Shown piece by piece: positions 39,702 to 49,242 of a DNA stretch of 64,000 nucleotides. Within the stretch, counting starts at the first letter, position 1; each line of letters opens with the position of its first letter. Source of the stretch: Bacillota bacterium. Its GTDB lineage: Bacteria; Bacillota; Limnochordia; Darwinibacteriales; DTU012. The translations under genes and the position numbers were made by a program. The stretch lies in contig JAAYNP010000072.1 of assembly GCA_012520795.1 (NCBI GenBank), positions 7,074 to 71,073 on the forward strand, given 5' to 3'. The notes beneath the pieces were generated by a model. It searched no databases. It was not told where the DNA came from and worked only from the letters and a program-made list of their open reading frames with translations.

Positions 39702-40645
39702 AAATCCTCCTTAGGTAGACGCTCGCTCACTCGCAGCTTCGCACTTCGTGCCCTTGGATTGACTGCAAGCTCCGCCCTGCTGGCAGTAAGCGGCTTTTTG
39801 GTTACTACGGTGACAAGCTGTCGTTTACCGCAGCTGCAAACAGGCAGATCCGGCGGGCAGGAACAGGGATTGCTGATCCTATTGAAAAACCTTTTGACAA
39901 TCCGGTCTTCCAGAGAATGGAAAGTAATCACACACAAACGCCCCCCGGGTTGTAAAAGCTCTGTCGCTTTCTCCAGGGCTTCTGTCAATGCACCTAGTTC
40001 GTCATTGACAGCAATCCTCAACGCCTGAAACGTGCGCTTTGCAGGATGGGGACCCTCAATCCTGGCTTTCTTGGGAATTGCAGCTTTAATGATCGATACT
40101 AATTGATTGGTAGTCTCGATCGGCTGTTTCTGACGATACTTGTCAACAAATTCTGCAATCCTTGCCGCCCAGCGCTCTTCCCCATACTCCCTGATAATCC
40201 TCGCAAGTTCCCGCCTAGACAGGTTGTTGACCAGATCATAGGCGGTCACTTGCTGGATCGGATCCATACGCATATCCAGGCGCGCATCATGCTGATAACT
40301 AAAGCCGCGCTCGGCATGATCCAATTGCGGCGAGGAAACGCCGATATCCATGATAATTCCGTGAACAGCATGGATATTCAGATTGGAGAGGATTTGATCT
40401 ATGTTGCGAAAATTGCCGTGGACAAGCTCAACCCTGGCACCAAAGCAAGCCAATCTGGGCCTTGCTGCATCGAATGCTTGGGGGTCCCGGTCGATCCCGA
40501 TCACACGGCAATCAGGCTGCGCTTCCAATATGGCCAGGCTATGCCCTCCGCCCCCTAATGTACAGTCCACATAGATTCCGTTGGACTTGAGGTTCAGCCC
40601 CCATAATACCTCATTGAGCAATACCGGTTGATGTGCAAACTCCAC
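39698..40645 (-). CDS. rsmH: 16S rRNA (cytosine1402-N4)-methyltransferase
   Basis: HQPVLLNEVL and DCTLGGGGHS. 315 aa. Confidence 0.95.
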   Translation of the reverse strand: MEFAHQPVLLNEVLWGLNLKSNGIYVDCTLGGGGHSLAILEAQPDCRVIGIDRDPQAFDAARPRLACFGARVELVHGNFRNIDQILSNLNIHAVHGIIMDIGVSSPQLDHAERGFSYQHDARLDMRMDPIQQVTAYDLVNNLSRRELARIIREYGEERWAARIAEFVDKYRQKQPIETTNQLVSIIKAAIPKKARIEGPHPAKRTFQALRIAVNDELGALTEALEKATELLQPGGRLCVITFHSLEDRIVKRFFNRISNPCSCPPDLPVCSCGKRQLVTVVTKKPLTASRAELAVNPRARSAKLRVSERLPKEDL

Positions 40646-40669
40646 ATTTGTTCATCCTCAGTCCTTAAC

Positions 40670-41101
40670 CTAAATGCCGAGCTCAACGATGTTTTCAGCA
40701 ATCTCTTCATAAGACTCTTCAGCTTGCTGCATATATTCTTCCCAACTCTGCCGGCTCCAAATCTCCACCCGGCTTGAAACGCCAATCACGACCACGTCCT
40801 TCTCAATATCGGCGTACTCCCGCAGGTTCTGGGGTATAATCATTCTGCCCTGCTTGTCCAAGTCACATTCGGTGGCGCCGGAAAAGAAAAACCGCACAAA
40901 TTGCCGGGCTGTGGACTTGGTTAACGGCAGGGTTTTCAGTTTCTCTTCCAGAATTCTCCATTCTGATTGGGGAAACAGGAAAAGACAGTTATCCAAGCCC
41001 CGTGTCATAACTCCAGTATCACCCAGTTCTTCACGGAACTTGGCCGGAATGATCAGTCTTCCCTTGACATCCAATGAATGCTGATACTCGCCCATAAACA
41101 T
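40670..41101 (-). CDS. mraZ: transcriptional regulator MraZ
   Basis: [19 protein letters not shown] and a second SpoVT/AbrB-like repeat DKQGRMIIP. Confidence 0.95.
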   Translation of the reverse strand: MFMGEYQHSLDVKGRLIIPAKFREELGDTGVMTRGLDNCLFLFPQSEWRILEEKLKTLPLTKSTARQFVRFFFSGATECDLDKQGRMIIPQNLREYADIEKDVVVIGVSSRVEIWSRQSWEEYMQQAEESYEEIAENIVELGI

Positions 41102-41125
41102 GAGCTTTCACCTCTTTGGCTGTTC

Positions 41126-41150
41126 CCCCACTTTTTCCCACTATCTACCA
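41126..41150 (-). promoter_or_regulatory. three direct GTGG(G/T) repeats at exactly 10-bp spacing (candidate MraZ operator)
   Basis: Minus strand reads GTGGT-agata-GTGGG-aaaaa-GTGGG, 20-45 nt upstream of the mraZ ATG. Confidence 0.6.
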
Positions 41151-41200
41151 CTTGTTGACATTATTCGGTATCGATTCAGCGATTCCTTCTTTTTGATGCA

Positions 41201-41236
41201 AAAAAAATAAAAAAAACTCTGATTCTGGATCAGAGT
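41201..41236 (-). terminator. intrinsic terminator downstream of rnpB
   Basis: Minus strand reads AACTCTGA-tccagaa-TCAGAGTT followed by a long T-run. Confidence 0.8.
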
Positions 41237-41269
41237 TCCGTATTCGAAGCCATTCCGGCCTCATTTGGC

Positions 41270-41602
41270 CTGCTAAGTGAATCTATAAGCCGAGTTCTGT
41301 CGAGGATGATCATCTATCTAGGGTATTAGTTACCTAATACCTCATGCGGCCAACCCGAGAGTACAGCGGAACGGGCAATCCCTTCTCTCCTATTCGGCCT
41401 TGCTCCGGATGGGGTTTACCTAGCCAATTAGTCGCCTAATCGCTGGTGAGCTCTTACCTCACCTTTTCACCCTTACCTTTCCAGGCGGTATGTCTCTGTG
41501 GCACTTTCCTTGGGGTTGCCCCCACTGGGCGTTACCCAGCATCCTGCCCTGCGGAGCTCGGACTTTCCTCGGGAAAATTCCCGCGATCATCTAATTCACT
41601 TA
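41270..41602 (-). ncRNA. rnpB: RNase P RNA (bacterial type A-like)
   Basis: Minus strand contains CGAGGAAAGTCCGAGCTCCGCAGGGCAGGATGCTGGGTAACGCCCAG...GGAAAGTGCCACAGAGACATACCGCC and the 3' P4 strand ACAGAACTCGGCTTATAG. The P1 (AAGTGAAT/ATTCACTT) and P2 (GATGATC/GATCATC) pairings close the molecule. Ends are approximate, within about 10 nt. Confidence 0.9.
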
Positions 41603-41613
41603 ACGGCACAAAA

Positions 41614-41642
41614 AAGTATATCACATATTTGCTTAATGCGCA
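41614..41642 (-). promoter_or_regulatory. candidate rnpB promoter (TTGCGC, 17 nt, TGaTATACT)
   Basis: The -35 at 41637-41642 and the extended -10 at 41614-41619 place the transcription start a few nt before P1. Confidence 0.55.
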
Positions 41643-41657
41643 ACCAAACCCATAACC

Positions 41658-41855
41658 TCAGCTGCGGGTAGCTCCAAGCAGATCCTTATACGTATCTGCA
41701 TCCATACCAATCTCAGCCCTGCGCACTACGATATCTGACCCCTTCTCTCGGGCACAATCTACACATCGCTTAGTCTGCGGCAAGGCTTGCAGCCTTTCCT
41801 TGGGAATAGGTTTTCCGCAGATCGTGCATTTGCGTGGAGCCATATTCCTCACCAC
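41658..41855 (-). CDS. TraR/DksA-family C4 zinc-finger protein
   Basis: CTICGKPIPKERL....KRCVDC four-Cys motif. 65 aa. Confidence 0.7.
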   Translation of the reverse strand: MVRNMAPRKCTICGKPIPKERLQALPQTKRCVDCAREKGSDIVVRRAEIGMDADTYKDLLGATRS

Positions 41856-41867
41856 CTTGATTGGGAC

Positions 41868-42647
41868 TCAATATCTAAACGGGTCTTCCCCTTCCCATAG
41901 CTCAACCACGGTTACAGTTGGCAGTTTTGTCCGCAAATACGAGGCAACTCTGCCAATCATGATCTTTTCTGTTGCGAAATGGCCGGCATCAATCACAGCA
42001 AGCCCTAGAGCTTCAGCATCCAATGCCGTGTGATAGTCAAGATCACCGGTAATCAAGACATCGGCCTGCTGCGACCAGGCAGTGTGAATCAAATCACTGC
42101 CAGAACCGCCGCAAACTGCTATTTTGCGGCATTGCTTGTGCGGCTCTCCAACATATCTTACTTGAGTCTGCCACTTCTCCTTCAGCCTTGCTGCCAAATC
42201 ACGAAGTGGTACCGGATCATGATATCCAATTCTGCCCAAACCCAGTTCCTGATTGGGTTCAGGTTCCAGAATCTTGTGACTGCGAAGTTGCAGAGACTCT
42301 GCCAACCAATAGTTTAAACCAAATTGGGCTCTGTCCAGGTTTGTATGGCAGGCATAGACGACAATCTCATTTTGCAGCAGCTTTTTGATGATCCGCCCAA
42401 TCGGCAAATCAGTATCGATAGATGGCAGCGGACGAAAAATCAGCGGATGATGGGCAATTATCAGATCAATACCATCTGCGATGGCTCTGTCGGCAGCATT
42501 TTCCGTTACTGTAAGCGCAACCATGATTTTGTCCACTGCAGCAGTCCTTGAACCAACCTGCAAGCCTGAATTGTCCCAGGCTAAAGCATACTCAGGAGGT
42601 GCTATCGCTTCCATTAATCTGATGCACGTGTCTGCCGACACTGACAT
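41868..42647 (-). CDS. Nif3-like dinuclear metal centre protein (YqfO family)
   Basis: AWDNSGLQVG, DLIIAHHPLIF, AVCGGSG, TGDLDYH. Start at MSVSAD (ATG 42647). Confidence 0.85.
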   Translation of the reverse strand: MSVSADTCIRLMEAIAPPEYALAWDNSGLQVGSRTAAVDKIMVALTVTENAADRAIADGIDLIIAHHPLIFRPLPSIDTDLPIGRIIKKLLQNEIVVYACHTNLDRAQFGLNYWLAESLQLRSHKILEPEPNQELGLGRIGYHDPVPLRDLAARLKEKWQTQVRYVGEPHKQCRKIAVCGGSGSDLIHTAWSQQADVLITGDLDYHTALDAEALGLAVIDAGHFATEKIMIGRVASYLRTKLPTVTVVELWEGEDPFRY

Positions 42648-42811
42648 GATATCACCTGTTCCTCGCCATCTTAGATCATATGCCAGACTACGGATCATGT
42701 GACAGCCTGCATGGATTTTGATTCCCAATCATTCAATGGCAGCATGTATTGATACGGTATATACTTCGACCCCCGATCTATGTTTTCCTTCTCTGTGCCG
42801 TTATTGGCATC

Positions 42812-44590
42812 TCAAACCGCATGCAAATACTGATATTGGACCGTGTAGAGCTGGTAATATTGCCCTTTTTGTTCCATTAATTGTTCGTGGGTGCCAACCT
42901 CCACGATCCGGCCGTTGTCGATCACCATGATCCGATCGGCATTGCGAATGGTGGACAAGCGATGGGCAATTACAAAGGACGTACGGTCTTCAAGCAGTTT
43001 GTCAATGGCCTTCTGCAGCAGAATTTCGGTATGGGTATCCACACTGGAGGTAGCTTCGTCCAAAATCAAAATCCGAGGATTCGCCAGCAATACCCTGGCA
43101 AAACAGATCAGCTGCCGCTGGCCGATGGACAAGCGAGACCCCCGCTCATTAACCATGGTCTGATAGCCGGCTTCCATTTCTGCGATGAAATCATGGGCAT
43201 ACACCGCTTTGGCCACCTCGATCACTTCATGATCTGTCGCATCCAGTCTCCCGTAGCGGATATTGTCCATGACTGTGCCTGAGAAAATGAATGGGTCCTG
43301 CAGCATCACACCAATTTTGGTTCTAAGGCTCTCCAAGTCCATATGCCTGATGTCACGATCATCGATCAACACCTGCCCTTGAACCGGGTCGTAAAACCTG
43401 GCCAACAAGTTGATAATCGTAGATTTGCCTGAACCTGTCGGGCCCACCAGAGCTATCGTTTCTCCCGGTTCGACTACAAAATTGATCCCGCGCAGCACTG
43501 GCTTTTCCGGTTCATAATGGAAATAGACATCCTTGAACTCCACTTTTCCTTTCATCCGCTCCAGTCTTTGCTCAGAAATATTGACTATCTGCGGTTTTTG
43601 ATCCAGCAGTTCGAAGATGCGTTCTGATGACGCCGTAGCTACCAGCAGTTGGTTGTAGAAATTACTCAGCATTCTCACTGGTGCCCAAAAACGCTCGAGA
43701 TACAACGAAAATGAGATTACCACACCTGGTGTGACCCCGTCAATCGCTAACAGTTTTGACCCATACCAGTAAACGATAATCGTACCAATGATCGAAACTA
43801 AGTGAACTGCAGGGCCAAAAGCAGCATTGAGCCGGATGGCCCGCATCCACGAATGGAAAACATCGCCGATCACTTCGTGAAACAGGCGATCATTTTCGTT
43901 TTGCCGCACAAAGGCTTGAATTACCTTCATGCCGGTAATGTTTTCGTGGAGATAGGCATTCATGTTGGCAACTTTCTTGCGCATTTCCCGCCAGCGCCGC
44001 TTGATTTCATTGCGCGTCAGAATCAGCAGAGTCATGAACAGCGGGGCCGATGCCAGCGTAACCAAAGCCAGTTTGGCATGAATAATGAACATTCCAACAG
44101 CGATTACAATCAAGACCGATACTTCCGAAATCACGTTGACGAATCCGTTGCTGAACAGATGATTCAACGTATTCACATCATTGACGACCCGCACCATTAT
44201 CTTGCCTGCAGAATTGTTGTCGAAAAAATTAAGGGATAAACCTTGAATATGATTGAACAAATCACGCCTTAGATCATACAGGACATATTGCCCAATCCGG
44301 TTGCCGAACTGAATCTTCAGCCTGGCAAAGATATAGCCAAAAACAACAGCAATGCCATAGGCCAATGCAACCATCACCAACAGCCCCACTTTGCGGCCGG
44401 GTATAAATTCATCCACTGACAACTGCACGATGTACGGACTGAAGTTGTCGATGATTGTCGCTGCAAACATTAACAAAATCGTGATCAGCAGCTGTCTCCG
44501 ATATGGCTTTAAATACCGCATCAAACGCCTTAACTGGCCAACATCCAGTGCTTTCACGTCTTTTTCATCAGTCTTGTAATTCGCCCGCAC
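42812..44590 (-). CDS. ABC transporter permease/ATPase (type I exporter half-transporter)
   Basis: Six-TM domain plus GPTGSGKST, LSIGQRQ, ILILDEATS. GTG start overlaps the stop of the upstream partner by 1 nt. Confidence 0.88.
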   Translation of the reverse strand: MRANYKTDEKDVKALDVGQLRRLMRYLKPYRRQLLITILLMFAATIIDNFSPYIVQLSVDEFIPGRKVGLLVMVALAYGIAVVFGYIFARLKIQFGNRIGQYVLYDLRRDLFNHIQGLSLNFFDNNSAGKIMVRVVNDVNTLNHLFSNGFVNVISEVSVLIVIAVGMFIIHAKLALVTLASAPLFMTLLILTRNEIKRRWREMRKKVANMNAYLHENITGMKVIQAFVRQNENDRLFHEVIGDVFHSWMRAIRLNAAFGPAVHLVSIIGTIIVYWYGSKLLAIDGVTPGVVISFSLYLERFWAPVRMLSNFYNQLLVATASSERIFELLDQKPQIVNISEQRLERMKGKVEFKDVYFHYEPEKPVLRGINFVVEPGETIALVGPTGSGKSTIINLLARFYDPVQGQVLIDDRDIRHMDLESLRTKIGVMLQDPFIFSGTVMDNIRYGRLDATDHEVIEVAKAVYAHDFIAEMEAGYQTMVNERGSRLSIGQRQLICFARVLLANPRILILDEATSSVDTHTEILLQKAIDKLLEDRTSFVIAHRLSTIRNADRIMVIDNGRIVEVGTHEQLMEQKGQYYQLYTVQYQYLHAV

Positions 44591-46353
44591 TATCCAATCC
44601 TCCCTGAAGCCAATTCTTTACTGCTTGCCTTGTCCTTATATTCACGGTACTGTTCGATAAACGTCTGGCAATATCTGCCGCCAAGTTCAATAAGCTGCTG
44701 ATGGGTGCCCCGTTCTATGATCCGGCCGTGATCCAATACCAGAATCTGGTCGGCATCCTTCACGGAAGAGATCCGGTGAGCGACAACCACAACAGTCCGG
44801 TCATGCATAATCTTCTTCAGAGTCTGTTGGATCTGGTGCTCAGTCTCCATATCCACACTGGAAGTCGCATCATCCAAGATTAGGATCTTCGGGTTGAAAA
44901 CGATCGCCCGGGCTATGGCAATCCGCTGACGCTGCCCGCCTGACAAGCCAATCCCCCGCTCGCCAATTATCGTGTCATAACCGTCAGGCATTTCCATGAT
45001 AAACTCGTGAGCGCCGGCAATTCTGGCTGCCTGTTCAATTTGCTCCCGGCTTGCTTTGGGGATGGCAAAAGCGATATTATTGGCGATGGTGTCGGAAAAC
45101 AGGAATGTCTCCTGAAAGACTATGCCAATATGTTTGCGCAGCTGGTTGTAATCATAATCCTGCACATTAACGCCGTCAATCAGCACTTCGCCGCCTGTAC
45201 AGTCATAAAAACGGGCGATTAAATTGAGCACGGTTGTTTTTCCCGAACCAGTACTGCCCATGATGGCTGTGGTGGTACCCGGTTTGACTGCAAAGGAGAT
45301 ATCCTTTAGGACCATCTGCTCACCATAGCTGAAATAGACATTTTTGAATACGATCCCGCCGCCGGGGTTTTCCATGGGAAGAGCATCAGTTCTGTTGGCC
45401 AGAGCGATTTCCTGGTCCATCAATTCAAAGATTTTTTCCAGTGAAGCCTTGGCATTCTCCCATTGATTCACCAACTGAGAAGCATTGTTAATCGGCACTG
45501 TGAGCATGGCTACATAAGCATTGAAAGCAACCAAAGCACCAAGGGTTATCTGCTCCTGGATCACCAGGTACCCTCCCAACAAGAGAATGATCACGGTGCT
45601 CAATCCGCTGATCAGTCTGCGGACCGGGATAAACACTGAACGAATCTCGGCAGCTTGGATATTGTTTTCATTCCATTTGGTCGCAACTTGATCAAATTTG
45701 TCTTTCTCAAATTCTTCACGCCCAAAGGCCTTTACAACCCGGATTCCCGTCAGGTTTTCCTGCACGGTTGAACTCAAGTTCTCAAAAGCTATCCGCACCT
45801 GGCGGTATGCCGGCCCCAAGCGCACTGACATAGCCCGCATCGTAAAATATGTAACTGGGACAATCACCACCAGAGCCAAGGTCATGGTGCCGTTTAAGGA
45901 AATCATCATTGCCAGGGTTGTCACGATTTGGAACAACCCCTCAAACACTTGAATATAAAAAGAACTGAGCAAATGGCGCACAGCCTGTAAATCACCAACC
46001 AGCCGGTTCATCAGTTCGCCGGTTCTCACTTTGTCATAATATCCAAATGACTGGCTTAACAACTTACGGTACAAGTCTCTTCGAAAATCATAAAGAACCT
46101 TTTGCGATGTGTATTCAAAAATATAACTGCGCAGATACTCAAAGGCAATCCGCACAACAGTGAGACTGGCCAAGATTACAGTCAATGTACCGATTGCATC
46201 AAACTCTCCGGCAACGAGGACCCGGTCAACCAGTTCCTTGGTGGCAACCGGAATGTAGAGCCCGGCAATCACTGCGGCAATTGACAAGATTGAACCGATC
46301 GCATTTAAGCCGAGATACCTGCGGGAATAGGTTAATAGTCGTCTAAGGTGCAT
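44590..46353 (-). CDS. ABC transporter permease/ATPase (partner half-transporter)
   Basis: Six-TM domain plus GSTGSGKTT, LSGGQRQR, ILILDDATS. Confidence 0.88.
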   Translation of the reverse strand: MHLRRLLTYSRRYLGLNAIGSILSIAAVIAGLYIPVATKELVDRVLVAGEFDAIGTLTVILASLTVVRIAFEYLRSYIFEYTSQKVLYDFRRDLYRKLLSQSFGYYDKVRTGELMNRLVGDLQAVRHLLSSFYIQVFEGLFQIVTTLAMMISLNGTMTLALVVIVPVTYFTMRAMSVRLGPAYRQVRIAFENLSSTVQENLTGIRVVKAFGREEFEKDKFDQVATKWNENNIQAAEIRSVFIPVRRLISGLSTVIILLLGGYLVIQEQITLGALVAFNAYVAMLTVPINNASQLVNQWENAKASLEKIFELMDQEIALANRTDALPMENPGGGIVFKNVYFSYGEQMVLKDISFAVKPGTTTAIMGSTGSGKTTVLNLIARFYDCTGGEVLIDGVNVQDYDYNQLRKHIGIVFQETFLFSDTIANNIAFAIPKASREQIEQAARIAGAHEFIMEMPDGYDTIIGERGIGLSGGQRQRIAIARAIVFNPKILILDDATSSVDMETEHQIQQTLKKIMHDRTVVVVAHRISSVKDADQILVLDHGRIIERGTHQQLIELGGRYCQTFIEQYREYKDKASSKELASGRIG

Positions 46354-47366
46354 TCTGCATAGGCCTCCTTGACTGATAGATCTCGTACTGAATCACGTTC
46401 TACTAACTCTGCATTCACATAAACAGTGCGGCCGGCTTGAGCCTTACCGCTGATCTGTTCCCATAGTGTATTCACCGCCAGTTCGCATACTGTGGGAATA
46501 TTGGTTTCGAACGTTGTCAATCCGGGAATGGAAATTGCGGACATCTCTGAATTACCGCTGCCGATCACCGATACCTGATCCGGTACCGTAATCTGGCACT
46601 CATGAAGTGTTTTCACAAGTTTGAGGGCAATACGGTCAGACTGGCAGATGAACGCGGTAGGCAGCTCTTTGTTCCTAGCCCAACCCTCCAAACGTGCCTT
46701 AAGATCCTCCTTGCTGTTAAGGACCCAGCGGTCATCAACCGCTAATCCATGCTTTGCCAAAGCGCTCAACATACCGTAGTATTTCATTTCACGGCTGTGG
46801 GATTGATCCGACCCCACAAAGCCAATTCTGGTATGGCCTTTCTTAACCAGATACTCCACGGCCAAGTATCCAATCCGCCTGTAATTGAAGTAAATGTAGC
46901 TGCAGTTTAAAGTGTCACCACCGCCGTTGATGATCACAAGATCTGCCGCAGCCTGCTGCACCCTCCGGGCATACTCGTCTTCAAACTTGCCAAGTAGGAT
47001 AACACCATCAAATCTCTGCCCTTTTGTCAAACTGTTCGGCAAGGCCAGCTGCTGTTGCTTTTCAGCATCAACAAATTCGATTGCAAGTTCACCGCCCTTT
47101 TGCTGGACATTGGCCTGAACACCTTCCACCAGCTGGCTGAAATTGCTGTGATCGGCAGTGTATCGATGGCGAATCAAAAGCAAAATGCTTGCCTTAAGGC
47201 AAGACCGGCATTTTTTGTAACCCAACTCTTTCGCTTTGGCAATGATCGTTTGCCTTAATTCATCACTGACACCTGGTTGGTTAGCCAGAGCTCTACTTAC
47301 CGTAATCGACGATACATCCAACAACTCGGCAATTTGGCTGATGGTAACTCTACCCTTTTTGCCCAT
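46332..47366 (-). CDS. LacI/GalR family transcriptional regulator
   Basis: HTH TISQIAELLDVSSITVSRAL plus a periplasmic-binding-protein-like core. Its 3' end overlaps the ABC gene start by 22 nt. Confidence 0.88.
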   Translation of the reverse strand: MGKKGRVTISQIAELLDVSSITVSRALANQPGVSDELRQTIIAKAKELGYKKCRSCLKASILLLIRHRYTADHSNFSQLVEGVQANVQQKGGELAIEFVDAEKQQQLALPNSLTKGQRFDGVILLGKFEDEYARRVQQAAADLVIINGGGDTLNCSYIYFNYRRIGYLAVEYLVKKGHTRIGFVGSDQSHSREMKYYGMLSALAKHGLAVDDRWVLNSKEDLKARLEGWARNKELPTAFICQSDRIALKLVKTLHECQITVPDQVSVIGSGNSEMSAISIPGLTTFETNIPTVCELAVNTLWEQISGKAQAGRTVYVNAELVERDSVRDLSVKEAYAECTLDDY

Positions 47367-47398
47367 ACCACACCTCCCCCGGTAGATATTTCATATCA

Positions 47399-47427
47399 AT
47401 TATAGACTTATTACGCAAGAAAATCAA
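47399..47427 (-). promoter_or_regulatory. candidate sigma-A promoter of the lacI-ABC operon (TTGATT, 17 nt, TATAAT)
   Basis: The -10 at 47399-47404 and the -35 at 47422-47427, read on the minus strand. Confidence 0.6.
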
Positions 47428-47433
47428 CAATCA

Positions 47434-47485
47434 TAACGTTATTTTTGTGCATTTCTATCGTTATATTGTAGTAAGATTATCGTTA
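47434..47485. promoter_or_regulatory. three TAWCGTTA motifs phased at 22 bp (candidate LacI-type operators)
   Basis: TAACGTTA at 47434 (inside the perfect palindrome ATAACGTTAT), TATCGTTA at 47456 and TATCGTTA at 47478. Confidence 0.45.
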
Positions 47486-47494
47486 AGAATAATT

Positions 47495-47529
47495 AAAAAA
47501 AGATCCCATTTGTCGAAGCAACTGGGATC
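47495..47529 (-). terminator. intrinsic terminator after fhs
   Basis: Minus strand reads GATCCCA-loop-TGGGATC followed by T7. Confidence 0.8.
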
Positions 47530-47546
47530 CGCAATTGTCTCAAGTG

Positions 47547-49220
47547 TTAAAACAAGCCGCTGATTCTCCCTGACCCATCAACATCGATTGTTTCAGCAGC
47601 CGGCTTTTTCGGCAATCCCGGCATGGTCATGATGTCACCAGTCAGTGCCACGACAAAGCCGGCTCCTGCAGAGATTCTGACACTGCGCACCGTAATCTTG
47701 AAGTTCTGCGGTCGGCCAAGCCGCTTGGGATCATCAGAAAGAGAGTATTGCGTCTTGGCCATGCAGACAGGCAGGCGTTGAAACCTCAAGCGCCTGTACC
47801 GCCTTAACTCCCTTTTGGCCTCAGGCAGGAATTCCACTCCATCGGCACCATAGATCTCCGTGGCTATTCTTACAATTTTATCTTCCAAGGAATCTTCATC
47901 CTGGTAAAGATAGCGCAAAACTGGCTGAGGTTGATCGCATAGTGCCAGTACCGCTTTGGCCAAATCAATGCCTCCGGCTCCCCCTTGTGCCCACACATCA
48001 GACAAAGCTACGTTAACTCCAAGTTCGCGGCATTTGTCAGTTACCAATGCAATCTCCGCTTTGGTATCAAGGGGGAAACGATTAACGGCAACAACTGCCG
48101 GCAAACCGAACTTGTCCGTAATATTCTCAAGATGCTTCAACAAATTGGGCATCCCTTTTTCCAAAGCCTCCAGATTCTCCACATCAAGACTGTCAAGCAT
48201 CGCCCCCCCATGGAGCTTCAGGGCCCTGATAGACGCTACAATTACCACAGCGGCAGGATTCAAGCCTCCAAACCTGCACTTGATGTCGAGGAACTTCTCG
48301 GCGCCCAAATCGGCACCAAAGCCCGCTTCTGTGATCACATAATCTCCTAGCTTCAGAGCCATCTTAGTGGCCACCAAACTGTTGCATCCGTGGGCGATAT
48401 TGGCAAACGGACCTCCATGGACAAAAGCCGGGGTATGTTCCAAGGTTTGGACCAGATTCGGATTGAGGGCGTCTTTCAAAATGGCAGCCATGGCTCCGTG
48501 CGCCTTGAGATCACCTGCAGTAACAGGTTTGTTTTCGTGAGTATAGGCCACAATCACCTTGCTCAGCCTGTTTTTCAAGTCAATGATATCCTCGGCCAGG
48601 CACAGGATGGCCATGATTTCCGAGGCAACCGTAATGTCGAAGCCGTCTTCCCTTGGCACTCCATTGCTGCGGCCGTTTAACCCGCTCACTACATAGCGAA
48701 GTTGGCGATCGTTCATATCGATAGCCCGTTTCCAGACAACCCGCCGGGAATCAATTCCCAACTCATTGCCTTGGTGGATATGATTGTCCAGCATGGCAGC
48801 GAGCAGGTTATTGGCAGCGCCGATGGCATGCATATCACCAGTGAAATGCAGATTGATGTCTTCCATGGGCACGACTTGAGCGTAACCGCCGCCGGCGGCT
48901 CCGCCCTTGATCCCGAACACAGGCCCCATGGAAGGCTCCCGTAGGGCAATTACCACCTTTTTACCCAGGCGCTGCATTGCATCCCCGAGCCCCACGGTTG
49001 TGGTGGTCTTCCCTTCTCCGGCTGGAGTAGGAGTGATGGCTGTAACCAAGACAAGTTTCCCGTCAGGGCGGCTTTTGAGCTTCTCCATTAACGCCAGCGA
49101 TACTTTTGCCTTGTAGGGCCCGTACAGGTGTAAGTCCTGCGGCTGGATACCGATTCCTGAAGCCACATCAACAATCGGTCTCAGTTCGGTTTCTTGAGCA
49201 ATTTGAATGTCAGATTTCAT
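47547..49220 (-). CDS. fhs: formate--tetrahydrofolate ligase
   Basis: [10 protein letters not shown]..., [11 protein letters not shown], typical length of 557 aa. Start at ATG 49220 behind AGGAG. Confidence 0.95.
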   Translation of the reverse strand: MKSDIQIAQETELRPIVDVASGIGIQPQDLHLYGPYKAKVSLALMEKLKSRPDGKLVLVTAITPTPAGEGKTTTTVGLGDAMQRLGKKVVIALREPSMGPVFGIKGGAAGGGYAQVVPMEDINLHFTGDMHAIGAANNLLAAMLDNHIHQGNELGIDSRRVVWKRAIDMNDRQLRYVVSGLNGRSNGVPREDGFDITVASEIMAILCLAEDIIDLKNRLSKVIVAYTHENKPVTAGDLKAHGAMAAILKDALNPNLVQTLEHTPAFVHGGPFANIAHGCNSLVATKMALKLGDYVITEAGFGADLGAEKFLDIKCRFGGLNPAAVVIVASIRALKLHGGAMLDSLDVENLEALEKGMPNLLKHLENITDKFGLPAVVAVNRFPLDTKAEIALVTDKCRELGVNVALSDVWAQGGAGGIDLAKAVLALCDQPQPVLRYLYQDEDSLEDKIVRIATEIYGADGVEFLPEAKRELRRYRRLRFQRLPVCMAKTQYSLSDDPKRLGRPQNFKITVRSVRISAGAGFVVALTGDIMTMPGLPKKPAAETIDVDGSGRISGLF

Positions 49221-49242
49221 TCGATCACTCCTATCAGTAAGT

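Noticed and set aside
41446-41655. 69-aa plus-strand ORF
   Set aside because: It lies inside the RNase P RNA gene on the opposite strand.
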